Below are positions 13,596 through 26,354 of a stretch of DNA of 64,000 nt, piece by piece. The translations under genes were made by a program, and so were the position numbers. The stretch lies in the NCBI RefSeq assembly GCF_009914755.1, contig NC_060926.1. One strand, 5' to 3'. Under the pieces are notes generated by a model. It was not told where the DNA came from and ran no database searches. It saw nothing but the letters and a program-made list of their open reading frames with translations. The stretch is from the human T2T-CHM13v2.0 reference genome, Homo sapiens. The stretch's first letter is position 1; every line of letters begins with the position of its first letter.

Positions 13596-14573
13596 TGTGA
13601 AAGGAAAATAAATATCAGGATCCCAATCTTACTAAGGCAAAGAGAAAAATCAAGCTGGGAACTTGGTTATACACACCCACCTCTCACTTTGTTCTTAATA
13701 AGATAGGTTCAAAGACAGAAAAGCTACATACCTCCCTCACAACTTGCCCTCAAAGAAATTCCTTGTGGGCCCCAGATCTTTACCCTAAAATAGTTCTGTT
13801 TTACTTTACCCTGACAATCTAAATTGATAGTTTATCTTCACATGTAAGGGACAAAGGACAAAACTAAAAAGTCGTTCCAATGCTCCCCTGAGACAAATGA
13901 ATATTTAACTGCTTCCTCTAACCTATGTTTATTTTTACTTGTAATAATGCAGCTTCACTGAGCATGAGACAAATGCATGTTACTGTTTCTGTACCCACCC
14001 TCATATGTAAAATGTGTATTCAGTGAACACTGACCAAAGACTCAAAAGAATGCAACCTGTTGCCTCTTATCTACCTACCCTCTTCTTGTTTTTTTTTTTG
14101 TTGTTTTGTTGTTGTTGTTGTTTTTAGTTTTATTTTAGGTACATGTGAAGGTCTGTTACATAGGTAAACATGTGTCACAGAGGTTTTTTGTACTAATTAT
14201 TTTATCACCCAAATAGTAAGCCCAGTACCCAACAGTTATATTTTCTGCTCCTCTCCCTCCTCCCACCCTCCCACCTCAAGTAGACCCCAGTGCTGTCGTT
14301 TCCTTCCTTATGTTCATAAGTTCTTATCATTTGGCTCCTACTAATAAGCAATAATGCAGGCACAAGATACCTACCTTATTCTTTCTTTCTCCTCCTTCCC
14401 AGTACCTGCTCTTTTCTCTTTAACTATGGAGGTCCCCAGATCCTCTTCAGAAAAAACACACCCACCAATTTTTCTTGTGGTTCTGTGTTCTTTTCCTGGG
14501 CACGTCCTTACCCTTAGCAAATAAACCTTTTAAAATGATTGGGGCTTAAATCCGTCATTGTCTTTGATTTACA
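13596..14573 (+). mobile_element. MER4-family ERV1 solo LTR, interrupted by an L1 3' end
   Basis: Start TGTGAAAGGAAAATAAAT...AAGCTGGGAACT is the MER4 signature; AATAAA near 14520; ends TTTACA. Confidence 0.85.
14088..14367 (-). mobile_element. L1PA (older, PA13-16-like) 3' end inserted in the MER4 LTR
   Basis: T/GTT tail, then gttacataggtaaacatgtgtc...ctccctcctcccaccctcccacctcaagtagacccc; TSD-like TACCTACC(CTC/TTA)TTCTT at 14072-14087 and 14368-14383. Confidence 0.85.
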
Positions 14574-14716
14574 ACACAAAGTAAAATTTGAATTTCTTTT
14601 TTTTTCTAAAAGACAACACGAGAAATTCAATGTTACTGTATTTAGCAGTACTTTTTGTATATGTGCATGAAGCAATTTCTTTTTTTTGCTCATCAGTGAT
14701 GGAAATATTAGAGAAC

Positions 14717-15143
14717 TGTTAAATTAAGTTTAGCTTAAAACTGCATCCTTATATATTTTAAATTTGACCTAGTGGTTTCTCTGTACATAATAAGCTGTAA
14801 CCCAACTTCATGTGTAAACAGACTGTAACCTACTCTTGTAACAAGCAGCCCAACTTCAGCCAATCAAAGCAGCCAAACTTCTGTCAATCACAGGCAGCCA
14901 ACTGTTCAAACCAGGTTCAAATCAGGCAAATTCCCAGCTGTAACCAATCCAGCTGTTTGTGTACCTCACTTCCATTTTCTGCACATCACTTTCTTTTTCT
15001 GTTCATAAATGTTAACTGACCATGTGGTAGCCCTGGAGTAGCTCTGAACCTATTCTGGTTCTGGGGGCTGCCTGATTTGCAAATCATTCTTTGCTCAATT
15101 AAACTCTGTTGAATTTAATTTGTCTACAGTTTTTCTTTTAACA
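14717..15143 (+). repeat. MER57 5' LTR
   Basis: TGTTAAATTAAG...TTTTAACA; several CCAAT motifs; ATTAAA polyA-like signal near 15097. Confidence 0.9.
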
Positions 15144-15145
15144 GT

Positions 15146-15163
15146 TGGCCTCAGAAGTGGGAT
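15146..15163 (+). promoter_or_regulatory. Primer binding site, tRNA-Leu
   Basis: TGGCCTCAGAAGTGGGAT vs TGGTGTCAGAAGTGGGAT, the complement of the tRNA-Leu 3' end (2 mismatches), 2 nt after the LTR. Confidence 0.8.
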
Positions 15164-16504
15164 CTGAAGTAGGGCTTCCAGCAACCCCCAAGTGATCAAG
15201 TAAGGAGCTTGCCAGACCCATGTGTCCATTACTCTCACAGCAACTGGGAATTAGGGGTAACTTCTTTCTTGGATTTAAAAGCTCCATGGATTTGAGTTTT
15301 GAGCTATCTGAGTTTGTTTGAGCACATTTTTGATACAGACTGGGTTTGAAAATCACAACAGGAGCTGGACGGGATCCAGGATTGAATTAAATCTGACAAT
15401 TAACTGGATTCAATCCAGCTAGAGGCCTCACATATCTGACTGAGTCAGACAGAAACTTAAGAGTAAACAGCAATTACTGCAGGGGGTTTGAACTCCAGAT
15501 TTCGGAAATTTGTAGGGATATTGTTTTCCACTCCCTTTGTTTCTTTTTCTTGCTCACTTGAGTAGGGGGAAAAAATTGACTAATTTGATCAAGTGGATCT
15601 CAGAGCCAAAGCCAAGTTTAAACATAAAAATGAGATATTAATTTCTGAAGAACTGGGTACTCCACCTTCCAGCTACACCTACCTTTACATGCATAAGTAT
15701 TAGGCCCCTAAAGCAGCAAATATTTACAAAATGACAAAATCGAATTAAAGAGATCTTGAAATTATAATGGAATGTTTGAAATAAACAACACTTCACTTTA
15801 AGAAGTGCATTTAAAAATAAGGGCTTCTGAATTAGGCTCACCCAGGGACGTCTATTGATGTGCAGAAGCTTCTAAAAAGATTTTAATATTCATATTGCTT
15901 CTTTTAAAAGACTCTTCCAAAAGGCAAAGAAAAGCTTAAGTAATTAATCGATAAGAAAAATTGTATCTGCTAACTTTTTGCCTTAGTTATTAAACCCTCC
16001 TGCCCCCACCCACCGGGAAAATAAAACTGGATAAAATATTTATAAAAAAGTAGGCTCTTTGATAAAGTAAGCTTTCTTTTTTTTCCACAGTGGCTAATAC
16101 TAAGTCCAGGCAGAGGAAATGCTTTCTTTGCCCTATTCCTTAAAAGGTCCTGCCTAGAACGCAGTAGTTTTTGTTAAACAACAAAAGCTAAATTTAAAAA
16201 TGCCTTATATTAAACTTAATTGGTCACCAAAACATACCTTTCTGGCACTTAACTAGCTATCTTGAAACCCTTTTGTAAATGCAGTTTACATCTATGAAGG
16301 TAATCTCCTTTTGTGAGGATGTCTGCCTTTGTGCACCTGGAAGAGAGGGAGCACTGGGTCACTAGAAACTTATATAATGGAAAAAAATATTAGTTTAAAA
16401 TTACAAAGCATTACCTTTGTCTAAAGTGATTTTCTTGGCTAACTTAATTGGGTCTTTACCTACATTCTCTTTCCTTGGTTTGGGCAAATGATGCAATTTA
16501 AGCC

Positions 16505-16815
16505 TGAAGTAGTAAATGAGTTTGGGGAAAGATAAATGGGCCCTCAGAAAACAGGGTGGTGGTTTATGAATAGGTTTGTCTGGGTGTGATGAAGTATCTT
16601 TTCTTGTGATAAAAGAAAAGGTTGCTGGAACTCCTTGAAGACAGAATTGATGACAATTGAGCTCCTTTGGAAAAATCTGTCTTTACACAGATAAGGGGAA
16701 TTCAAAGAGCCTGGCTCTACTTACCTGTTGGTAGCAATAATATACCAAAGTGACTATATTCTAGCATGTATTCAGCAAAACTACATTTTTGCATGCTATT
16801 TCTTAATCTTCTTCA
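16505..16815 (-). mobile_element. MER34/MER39-group LTR-like fragment inside the MER57 internal region
   Basis: Ends aataatataccaaagtgactatatt...cttcttca, resembling the antisense MER34-group 5' end; similar in style to 47505-48030. Confidence 0.45.
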
Positions 16816-17249
16816 ATGACTAGCTTTATTAAGTAAGCAATCCAAGCATAATTGATAAGAATGTTTAAATTAGGTAAAGGTAAATGGCAGAAAAGTTTAT
16901 AAATGAATTTGTCATAGTCTCAAACATTTTTTTCAGCAATTTAAAATCTTAAAGTTACGTTAAATAGTACTTATTAAATGTCTGAGTAATTTCTAAGTAC
17001 GAAAACATTAACTAGCAAGCATAAACCTAAATACATTAACAAATTGTTTTTACATGATATGAATAAGACAAATATATTTGCATGTGCTCAGAAACATAAA
17101 AAATTGAGGAAACATTCTTCTGAAATCATAAAATGATTTTATCTGTAAATACTGCTATAACATAGTTTAAAATTGCTTACTTCCTAGTTTAATACTGAAC
17201 ATTGAAATTACTTAAAGTTAAAATTGTCATTAATGTATATAATTAAAAC

Positions 17250-18584
17250 TGTGTCTGGAATTGGTGGGTTCTTAGTCTTGCTGACTTCCAAAATGAAGCT
17301 GTGGACCCTTGCGGTGAGTGATACAGTTCTTAAAGATGGTATGTCCGGAATTTGTTCCTTCTGATGTTCAGCTGTGTCCGGAGTGTCTTCCTTCTGGTGG
17401 GTTCATGGTCTTGCAGGTTTCAGGAGCGAAGCTGCAGACCTTCGTGGTGAGTATTACAGCTCTTAAAGGCAGCGCGTCTGGAGTTGTTCGTTCTTTCTGT
17501 CTGGAGTTGTTCGTTCTTTCTGTCTGGAGTTGTCTGTCCCTCCCGGTGGGTTCCTCGTCTCGCTGGCTTCAGGAGTGAAGCTGCAGACTTTCGCAGTGAG
17601 GGTTACAGCTCATAAAGTTGGCCTGGACACAAAGAGTGAGCAGCAGCAACATTTATTGTGAAGAGCGAAAGAATAAAGCTTCCACAGCATGGAAAGGGAC
17701 CCCAGCAGTTCGCCGCTGCTGCCTCTGGCAGCCTGCGTTTATTCCCTTATCTGACCCCACCCACATCCTGCGGATCGGTCCATTTTACAGAGAGCTGTTT
17801 GGTCCATTTTAGAGAGAGCTGATTGGTCTGTTTTGACAGGGTGCTGATTGGTGCATCCACAAACCCTGAGCTAGACACACAGTGCTGATTGGTGCATACA
17901 CAATCCTCCAGCTAGACATAAAAGTTCTCCAAGACCCCACACGACTCAGGAGCCCAGCTGGTTTCGCCTAGTGGATCCAGCGCTAGGGCCGTAGGCAGAG
18001 CTGCCCGCCAGTCCTGTGCTGTGTGCCTGCACTCCTCAGCCCTTGGGTGGTCAATGGGACCGGGGGCCATGGCAGAGCAGGGGGCGACACCTCTTGGGGA
18101 GGCTCAGGCCATGCGGGAGCCCACCCTGGGGTGGGGCTCAGGCGTGGCAGGCTCAGGTTCTGAGCCCTGCCCTATGGGGAGGCAGCTGAGGCCCAGCAAG
18201 AATTTGAGCGCAGCAGTGCGGATGGGCTGGCAGTGCCAGGGGACACAGCGAACCCTCTGCAGCTGCTGGCCCGGGTGCTAAGCCCTTCACTGCCCAGGAC
18301 CGGTGGTGCCGGCCTGCCCTCCCAGTGCAGGTCCCGCGGAGCCCGCGCCAAGCGGAACCCGTGCTGGCCTGCCAGCACCATGCGCAGCCTCGGTTCCCGC
18401 CCACGCATCTCCCTCCACACCTCCCCGCAAGCCGAGGTAGCCGGCTCAGGCCTCAACCAGTCCAGAGAAGGGCTCCCATAGTGCAGCGGCGGGCTGAAAG
18501 GCTCCTCAAGCTGGCCAAAGCAGACGCTGAGGCCGAGGAGGCACTGAGAGTGAGTGAGGGCTGCTAACATGTTGTCACCTCTCA
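17250..18584 (-). mobile_element. LTR12 (ERV9) solo LTR, C/D/E-like
   Basis: Plus strand TGTGTCTGGAATTGGTGGGTTC...GTCACCTCTCA; 4-bp TSD AAAC (17246-17249, 18585-18588); GCTGATTGG repeats; GC/CpG-rich U3. Confidence 0.96.
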
Positions 18585-18810
18585 AAACTACTAAAAATAA
18601 AGGAAAATTTTGTATGTAAATTTCACAGAAAGAGCAAGATATGTTTTTGGTGAGAAAGTTTGTAAAGAAGACATAAAAATGTGATTTTTCTTAAAAGAAA
18701 AAATTTATCTAGTTTAAAGGTTATTTAAATGTTTCAAAATGAAGAAATAAAGAAAAAGTAATGTAAAGTTAAGTGGATATAAAAATAAATTTAAAAAAAG
18801 AGTAATATAA

Positions 18811-18950
18811 GCCAGGCACAGTGGCTAATGCCTATAATCCCAGCACTTTTAGAGGCCAAGGTAAGAAGATTGCTTGAGGCCAGGAGTTCAAGACCAGCCT
18901 GGGCAACATAGACTCTGTCTCAATAAATAAATAAGTAAATAAATAAATAT
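18811..18950 (+). mobile_element. FLAM / Alu monomer with (TAAA)n tail
   Basis: gccaggcacagtggctaatgcctataatcccagcac...gaccagcctgggcaacatag followed by a tail. Confidence 0.85.
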
Positions 18951-20127
18951 CTTGTATGGTTAAACTAAGATTAAGTGAATTTATTATAAGGGCTTTTAAA
19001 ATTGATCCTTAGTATGAAAAGTATACTAGTACAAAACCAAAATTTGGTTTTCTATTTTAAATAAGATTTGTATGTAGTGTTAATAAGAGATAGTAAAAGG
19101 TGTATTTCAACTTCTGAGTAAATTGCAAAAAAATAAAAGTAAAAAGAGAGAGGGGAGAAAGAAACAGATGTTGGGTGCCTCCTGCTGTCTTTATTAGGTC
19201 TTCTGATTATTTGGGAAACTGAGTCTACTGTCTCTCAAAGAGTAAAGGTTTTTGCTTTTTAAAGTCTTTTAATCACTTTGGCTAAACGAATGACTATTTT
19301 ACAGTGATCTGAGATCCTGTTTTGATCAAGTATTTGAAACCTTTGACATATTTGACGGGCTTCCCAAAATCAAATTTCAAAATGGAAATTAAGTCTTTTC
19401 GACTTCAAAGTAAACTTTGGGATGTTCCAGGGGGCTCCTAAAACATATAAAAGATAATAAACTTATCTAATATGTTAAATTATATTACATTATATTAGAA
19501 GCACTATAAAATTAAAAAATTATCTTTTTTGAGTTATATTTGTATGGATATGCTATTAATTTCTATTTCAAAATTGTATGAAGTTCTTAAAAAGGTTGAT
19601 ATGTCTTGGTATATATTATCTGTCATAATTATAGTTATGCTGAATTATTATAGGCCACAGAAATAACCAAATTTTCTTGTCAATTGCATTATTAACCATG
19701 GCCATTGTTAAGTGTTGTCTACAATTAATTGCTTAATTCTGATGCTTTTTCTGAAATATCTTTACAAGCAATTATAATCCTAATGTGCTGTGTCTTCAAG
19801 ACGTTTCAGGGAAAGGATGGAAATGTCTCTGACAAGTACAGGTTTCTAAAAACCTTGATATCATACCACTGGGCTGAATAAGAATTCCTAGAAATCTATT
19901 AAAGAGAATGGCTGGTTTATAAAACTCCTAATCCAAGCATTTCAATAGTTAATTAAATGCCAAGGAAATACTTTAGGAGATTTTCATGCTAAATCAGCCA
20001 GTACTAAAATTATTCAGATATACAATTTTAATAATTTCCATAATCCAAGTCAAATTACATATGATAGCCCATTTAATAAACAGTGCTATGAAGCTGAATT
20101 GCATGAAAAAATAATATTTAAGAGGAT

Positions 20128-20480
20128 ATGAATCCAATATTGTGGATTTTTGGGACCCCAAATGGCCACCTGTTCTTTCCTGAATTCTTAAAACAGTCCT
20201 TAAAGCTTCTATTATTAAAATCTCTGCACTCCATGACTCATCATGCAAATGAAAAAATAATCCCAATTATTTTTTTAAAAAGTGGTGTGGAGACTGTTCT
20301 AAAATTGCTAAAATCGTTTATAACCAATATTTGGTTTGTCAAACCCATAATCCTGAAAAGAAAATAAAAACTTCTGGTAGATTTATGCTATCCGATGGGC
20401 CATTTAAACATTTACAGAGGAATTTCATTCAATTACCATTGTCAATGCATATTTTCAGGTTATATAGAAGCTTTCTTATG
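20128..20480 (+). pseudogene. pol: MER57-int integrase remnant (HHCC region and core start)
   Basis: ORF 20128 has LHSMTHH; ORF 20331 has VCQTHNP...GPFKHLQRNFIQLP, resembling the retroviral IN zinc finger and PFxxLQxDFI core start; frameshifted. Confidence 0.7.
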
Positions 20481-20486
20481 CAAGAA

Positions 20487-20967
20487 TGCTGGGGTCTGTC
20501 CCACAGACCCTGACCCAACGGTGGGTGAATGAAGTACACTGACATACAGATATTCTGCTTTGGCAGTTTGGCTGAGCGTCCAGGCCACTTACAGACTCCC
20601 AAGCAGAGTGCTGTAAACAGTTGTGACTGTGGCCTCGACCAGCTAGTGAGACTCCCATTTATTCAGTAAATATTAATTGACAAAGGCTTGAGTCAATACC
20701 ACTAGAGGGTAATTGACACTGTGGACTTCCTGAGTAGAAAGAAATTAAGCACCTGCAGTAAATCAAATGTTATTCTTGGGACCACATGAGTAAACAAGCT
20801 AGTTAGATAAACTCCCTACATTCCTTTGTTTCTACTCTAATTTATTTAACTAAGGGGACAAGGCTGCCTTCAGCCAAGATTATCCCGGTAGCTTATGCAA
20901 ACTCCCCAGGCCTTCCAAGAAGGTTTCATCTTATCATTTTCCCAACCATCCTGACTGAACCCCCACA
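20487..20967 (-). mobile_element. LTR22 (HERV-K HML-5) solo LTR
   Basis: Minus start TGTGGGGGTTCAGTCAGGATGGTTGGGAAAA...AAACCTTCTTGGAAGGCC; perfect 6-bp TSD CAAGAA (20481-20486, 20968-20973), typical of betaretroviruses. Confidence 0.88.
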
Positions 20968-22147
20968 CAAGAAGGCTGAGGCTAAAATAGCTGAAAGTTA
21001 GTAGAAAGTGTGCCTGCCTCATGGTGCATTCCTGGAGAAATCTCAAGTTGTAGAGGTGTTTGTTTCACTGAACAACTTGTAAAACAGTTAAGTTATTATA
21101 GCTATAATAACATTAGACAAAGCTGTCTGCATCAACTGGATTCCATTGATTGAAGGTGTTACAGATTTATGACAGTCAATACCATTTCCAGTGAAAAACG
21201 TAAGTTTACCCCTTTTGAAATAATCACTGCAATGCATATGCTGGTAATAATGGAACTTCAGGTATCTCCTGCTTTCCTAAACTGATATGAATAAGTACTA
21301 CAAGGCTTTAATGCATCATGCCAAATTGTGTTTTCACCAGATGAAGAAAGATTTTTAGTGATTCACTAACTGAGGACAATCAAACTCTTCATGATCTAGA
21401 ACCCAAAGTTTGAGTCTTCTGGAAATGTCATCAGAAAAAAACATCCCCTTGCCACTCACACTTCAGCAAAACTTTCATACTTCAAACCTTGGATCCGCAT
21501 CTCAAACTCAAAACGGCCTCTCCAGGTGTTGGGAACTGTACACCTATTGGAGACCTTAAGCTAAATCTAACCAGGGAAATTCCTCCCCACAAGCAGATGA
21601 CATCCTAGATATGGACAGCTCTATCAAGATGATAGATCAAGACTTCTCTGCTATTAACACTTCTCTTAATTTTTCATTACTTATGCTAGGCACGATAATC
21701 CCATAATTATAATTTCACAATCAGTAGCTACTATGATTAGCTTAATGTAGTGTTCCATCTGTAATGCCAAACCTGTATCTTTACATTTTCTATGGGATCT
21801 TTTAGTTCACCCAGTGGTTAACTTTAGCAATATCTCTAAAGTAACCATTGTTCAAATTGTATTTGTGGTAAGATTTATAAACCCACTTGTTCTCACTCCT
21901 GTTTGAATTTAACCCTGTAATGGAACACAAAAAGCAGGGCCAAAAAGAATATAATAAAAAAGGTTTTCACTAAAAGCCCATATGGAGTTTCTTGCTAATT
22001 GTTTTATATGCCAGGGTACTCTAGTGTTCTTAAACCTATAATAACTCCACGTTAGATACTTGGCTAGAAACTGCTAATTTTAACATCCCAAATAACGTAT
22101 GAACAGCAGAACTGGAAAAGGGGCCTGTGTGTATCCATGGGGTATAC

Positions 22148-22388
22148 ATTTTGTTGTTGTTGTTTTGAGACAGAGTCTTGCTTTTTCACCAGGCTGGAGT
22201 GTAGTGGCACCATCTTGGCTTATTGCAACCTCTGCCTCCTGGGTTCAAGCAATTCTGCCTCAGCCTCCTGAGTAGCTGGGACTACAGGCATGCACCACCA
22301 CACCCAGCTAATTTTTGTATTTTTAGTAGAGATGGGGTTTCACAATATTGTCCAGGCTGGTCTTGAACTCACAACCTCATGATCCGCA
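22148..22388 (-). mobile_element. AluSc-like, 5'-truncated, in the env region
   Basis: Antisense Alu right arm plus part of the left arm, ending at ...cctcatgatccgc. Confidence 0.9.
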
Positions 22389-22549
22389 TTTGTGGAGGAT
22401 TTTGTATTCTACGTTATACATGGGAAAACTTATGTGTTGATGGGTAGAAGATGAGGGGCCAATGTGGGCTAGGAATTTTAATGGTGACTTTGTTGTTCCA
22501 TTATCAATCAAAAACAGAAAATTAGTCCCCTCCTTTTAACCCACATAAT

Positions 22550-23020
22550 AGGTTAAGAAGAACATTTCCAAGAGGCCTTCACCCTTTTGGACTGACATTA
22601 TTTGCTAGGTCTCTTTTTTCAATGGTTTGGAGTAAATGTAAAGGAGACAATGATTAGAAATGTGTACCTAATAATAGGCTCTATAGTAGGTTCTACTGCA
22701 AAGGCTATGTTTACACAACAAATTTCTTCAAATTATCTTGCTCAAGTTAGATAATACAATTGCTCTAGGTTACTAACTACCTGAAAAAGAATCTGTGCAG
22801 TTGCTGACACTTCTGGTTGCACACAGATGATTACACTGGGTATTATAAGTGTGATAGAGAATTAGTTCCAGAGAGTTAATGAATAGGTTGTTTGGTTAAA
22901 ATGTATAGACTTTTAATCTGGCTCATTCTTTGATGTGTTTTAGTTGGTTTGGTTCATGGGGACCTTGGCTTAGGAGCATACTTCAAATACTTGGTATTAT
23001 CCTCCTAATATAATAGTACT
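22550..23020 (+). pseudogene. env: ERV env TM subunit remnant
   Basis: Manual translation: furin site RLRR (22550-22561), WFGVNVKETMIRN heptad, ISD-like LAQV..DNTIALGY*L, CAVADTSGC (degenerate CX6CC, 22794-22820), anchor WFGSWGPWLRSILQILGIILL; several stops and frameshifts. Confidence 0.82.
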
Positions 23021-23252
23021 CTGTTTTCTCTCAGAAACAGAATGTTTAAATGTTTGCATGAAGCCATCTTTAGAATGTTGAATGGTCTCTGTTTGATAAA
23101 ACAAAAACTTAAATGAGTAATTATGAGGACATTGTAACCTGTGAATGACGTGTTGAGACTGGAAACACAAAATGATGAAGATTGAGTAGCACAAAGGCCC
23201 TAAGTTTGATTACATCATCACTTTAGTGAGACTCTAACCAAAAGAGAGGAAC

Positions 23253-23600
23253 TGTTAAACAAAATAATGGCAGGCCATTGTTTTAGAGTTAGGTACTCTG
23301 CCTGGCCCCCAACAGGTGAGACCAAACCAAAATGGAATCATTCATGCTAAGTTTCATAATCAAACTGAAACTTTAAGTATGCAGATAGATCCCAGACAGA
23401 TCAGATTATTTTGTTCCTCCTGAAAACAGAAGATTCTAACATAATGAGGAAGTCTCCTTTATTTTATGCCTTAACAACAACAACAGCAACAACAAAAAAT
23501 CTGAAGTAACCTGATGTTAGCCAAGCAGCAATCAGGTTGTTTTTTTTAATTGTTCTATTTTCTTGTTCCCACCTTTCAAAATGCACTGTTCTGCTATGTT
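23253..23600 (+). mobile_element. Vestigial second-family LTR U3 (MER93-like) within the 3' internal region
   Basis: PPT-like ACCAAAAGAGAGGAAC followed by TGTTAAACAAAATAATGGCAGGCCATTGTTTT...ACCAAACCAAAATGGAATCA. Confidence 0.55.
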
Positions 23601-23704
23601 CTAGTGGGATTTGAGACCAAGTGAGTCCATTTACAATGATGGCAGAGTGATGTCAATGTGTAAAGTTTTGGTCAACCTCAAAACTGAGACCAAAAGGATA
23701 CTAT

Positions 23705-24494
23705 TGTTAAATTAAGTTTGCCCTAAAGCTGCCTTCTTTCATATTGTAAGTTTAGTCAAAGATTTCTCTATAAATAATGAACTGTGACCCAACTTGATGT
23801 GTAAAAAGACTGTAAATTACTGATGTGGTTTGGCTATGACCCGACCCAAATCTAATCTTGAATTCTCAAGTGTTGTGGGAGGGACCTGGTAGGAGGTAAT
23901 TGAATCAGGGAGGCAAGTCTTTCCTGCAGTGTTTTTGTGATAGTGAATAAGTCTCACGAGATCTGATGGCTTTAAAAAGGGGAGTTTCCTTGCACAAGCT
24001 CTCTCTTTGCCTGCTGCCAACCACGTAAGATGTGACTTACTCCTCCTTGCCTTCCACCATGATTGTGAAGCTTCCCCAGCTATGTAGAACTGTGAGTCCA
24101 TTAACCCTTTTTCTTTTGTGAATTGCCCAGTCTTGGGTATGTCTTTATCAGCAGCATGAAAACGGACTAATACACCTACTGTTGTATTATAACAAGTAGC
24201 TGAGTCTCAAACAATCACAGCAGTAGAACTTTAGTCAACCACAGGCAGCCAACAATTCAAAACAGGTTCAAATAAGGGAAATGCCCAGCAGTAACCAAGC
24301 CAGCAGTTTGTATACTTCACTGCCATTTTTTGTAAGTCACTTTCCTATTCTATCTATAAATGTTATCCAACCATGTGGCAGTCCTGGAGTCATTCTGAAT
24401 CTATTCAGGTTGTAGGGCCTGCCTAATTCACAAATTATTCTTTGCTCAATTAAACTCTGTTAAATTTAATTCATCTAAAATTTATATTTTAATA
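23705..24494 (+). repeat. MER57 3' LTR, split by THE1A
   Basis: Collinear with 14717-15143 on both sides of 23821-24174. Confidence 0.9.
23821..24174 (+). mobile_element. THE1A-like MaLR solo LTR
   Basis: TGATGTGGTTTGGCT...GAATAAGTCTCACGAGATCTGATGG...AAAACGGACTAATACA. Confidence 0.93.
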
Positions 24495-24817
24495 GAACTA
24501 ATATATGATATATATTTGAGAGTTAATATATAGTATTATTTGGGGAGATCTTACACCATCTTTAAGAATTTTATTACTACTCATAAGAAGGAAAAGATTT
24601 AATGTCCAGAAAATGTTCTGCAGGCCTTGAAAGAATTTTACTGTAGATTTAATTAGGTATTTTTGTTTTACGCTTTAACAATGACTTCAACATCTCCTTT
24701 ATAGATGCCTTACCTTTTTAATTATTGGTTTAATATTACCAGACTGTAAGATATATAGTAAGAATCATTTCTTCTCTATGTTTTATTTCTAATGGTCAGA
24801 TGGGTTTTGTATATACA

Positions 24818-24935
24818 TAATCCCATTTTACAGTGAAGAAATTCAGACACATTTTGCAATTTTCTCAAATTCCTGTAGCTTGGTGAATGACAGAGTCAAG
24901 ATTCAAATGAAATCAGTTTGAATTCTTAATCACAA
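24818..24935 (-). mobile_element. MIR fragment
   Basis: atcccattttacagtgaagaaattcagacac...gacagagtcaagattcaaa. Confidence 0.6.
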
Positions 24936-26057
24936 TGCATACTGTCTCCGTGAGGTCAGGGACTATATGTATTTTTCTTACTTTCTATACATCCTTTGTC
25001 TAGGACAGTGCCTAAAGTAATAGCCATTGATGGTTAAATGACTGATATCCTTTAAAGTGATTCAAAATATAGTTCAGATACAAAGAAATAGTCATAAGCT
25101 ATTGTCTTGTTAATAGCTTTGTTAATGCCAATTTTTATATATATATTTACTCTTTTAATCAAAACTAATTTATTGAAATTTAATTTCTTAAATAGTTTTT
25201 TGACATATAGAGCAACAAATTTTTTTGTTTGCTGAGTTAAATCCTCGGAAATAAATACAGACACAGAAGAATTTGTCCCTGGGAAATAAAAAGAGACACA
25301 CAAGAATTTCAAGTTCAGTCTCACTGTTAGCAGGGCGGTGCCAGTCTGGGTTCTAGAGTAAAGACATGTTGTAGAAAGGGTCTGTTTTAAGGCCACCTGA
25401 ATCTTTGAAGGGAAATGTTAGATTTTGAAAAAGTAAGCAGCATTATCAAGAGAACTCAGACAAAAACTGCAATTTTTCAAATAAGCTTGTTTTCTTTCTT
25501 TCTTTCTTTTTTTTTGGTTACATATGAGCATCTTCCTTGTGTTTTTTTTGTTTTTTTTTTTTTTTTTTTGCAGCTACAGTAATTGTAGGCACAATGATCT
25601 AGTCAAGAGCACTGATGTCAACTTTGGGAAGTCCAAGTTCCCCATGATTCACCAATTCATAATTTAGAAGTGAGATTTTAGGCAAATTGAGTTAAAAACT
25701 CTGGGCCAAAGTTCATTCAGATTGATAACCTGCTCCCCAACTGAAATTTTTCCCTTCTCTGAACAAGTTTTTCTTGGATAATCACAACTAAATCAACTAA
25801 ATAAAAAAATATATAAACACATATCTCTCTAAGGAGCATAATAATAAGGAGCTCACCTGTGGACCAAAATTTACATTGCCAAGAATTAACATGCTCTTAA
25901 AAAACAAACAAACAAAAAAACTGGATTAGACTGATACTTTCTCTACATTTATATATCCTTTTCTATGTTATTTTACTCTTTATACCAATTATATTTATAG
26001 AAACTTTACTCAAAATTACAAAACTTTACTCAAAATTATTACAATAATTTACAATTA

Positions 26058-26354
<297 letters not shown>

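Larger units (their letters stand above)
14717..24494 (+). mobile_element. Complete MER57-type ERV1 provirus (LTR-internal-LTR), degraded, with nested insertions
   Basis: Two homologous LTRs starting TGTTAAATTAAGTTT (14717 and 23705); 4-bp TSD GAAC at 14713-14716 and 24495-24498; PBS after the 5' LTR; integrase and env remnants inside. Confidence 0.92.

Noticed and set aside
18021-18585. GC-rich ORFs suggesting a CpG-island gene (also 56391-57290)
   Set aside because: They lie wholly within LTR12 and MER52 LTRs.
26000-26040. 20-bp tandem duplication AAACTTTACTCAAAATTA
   Set aside because: Two-copy slippage event with no functional indication.
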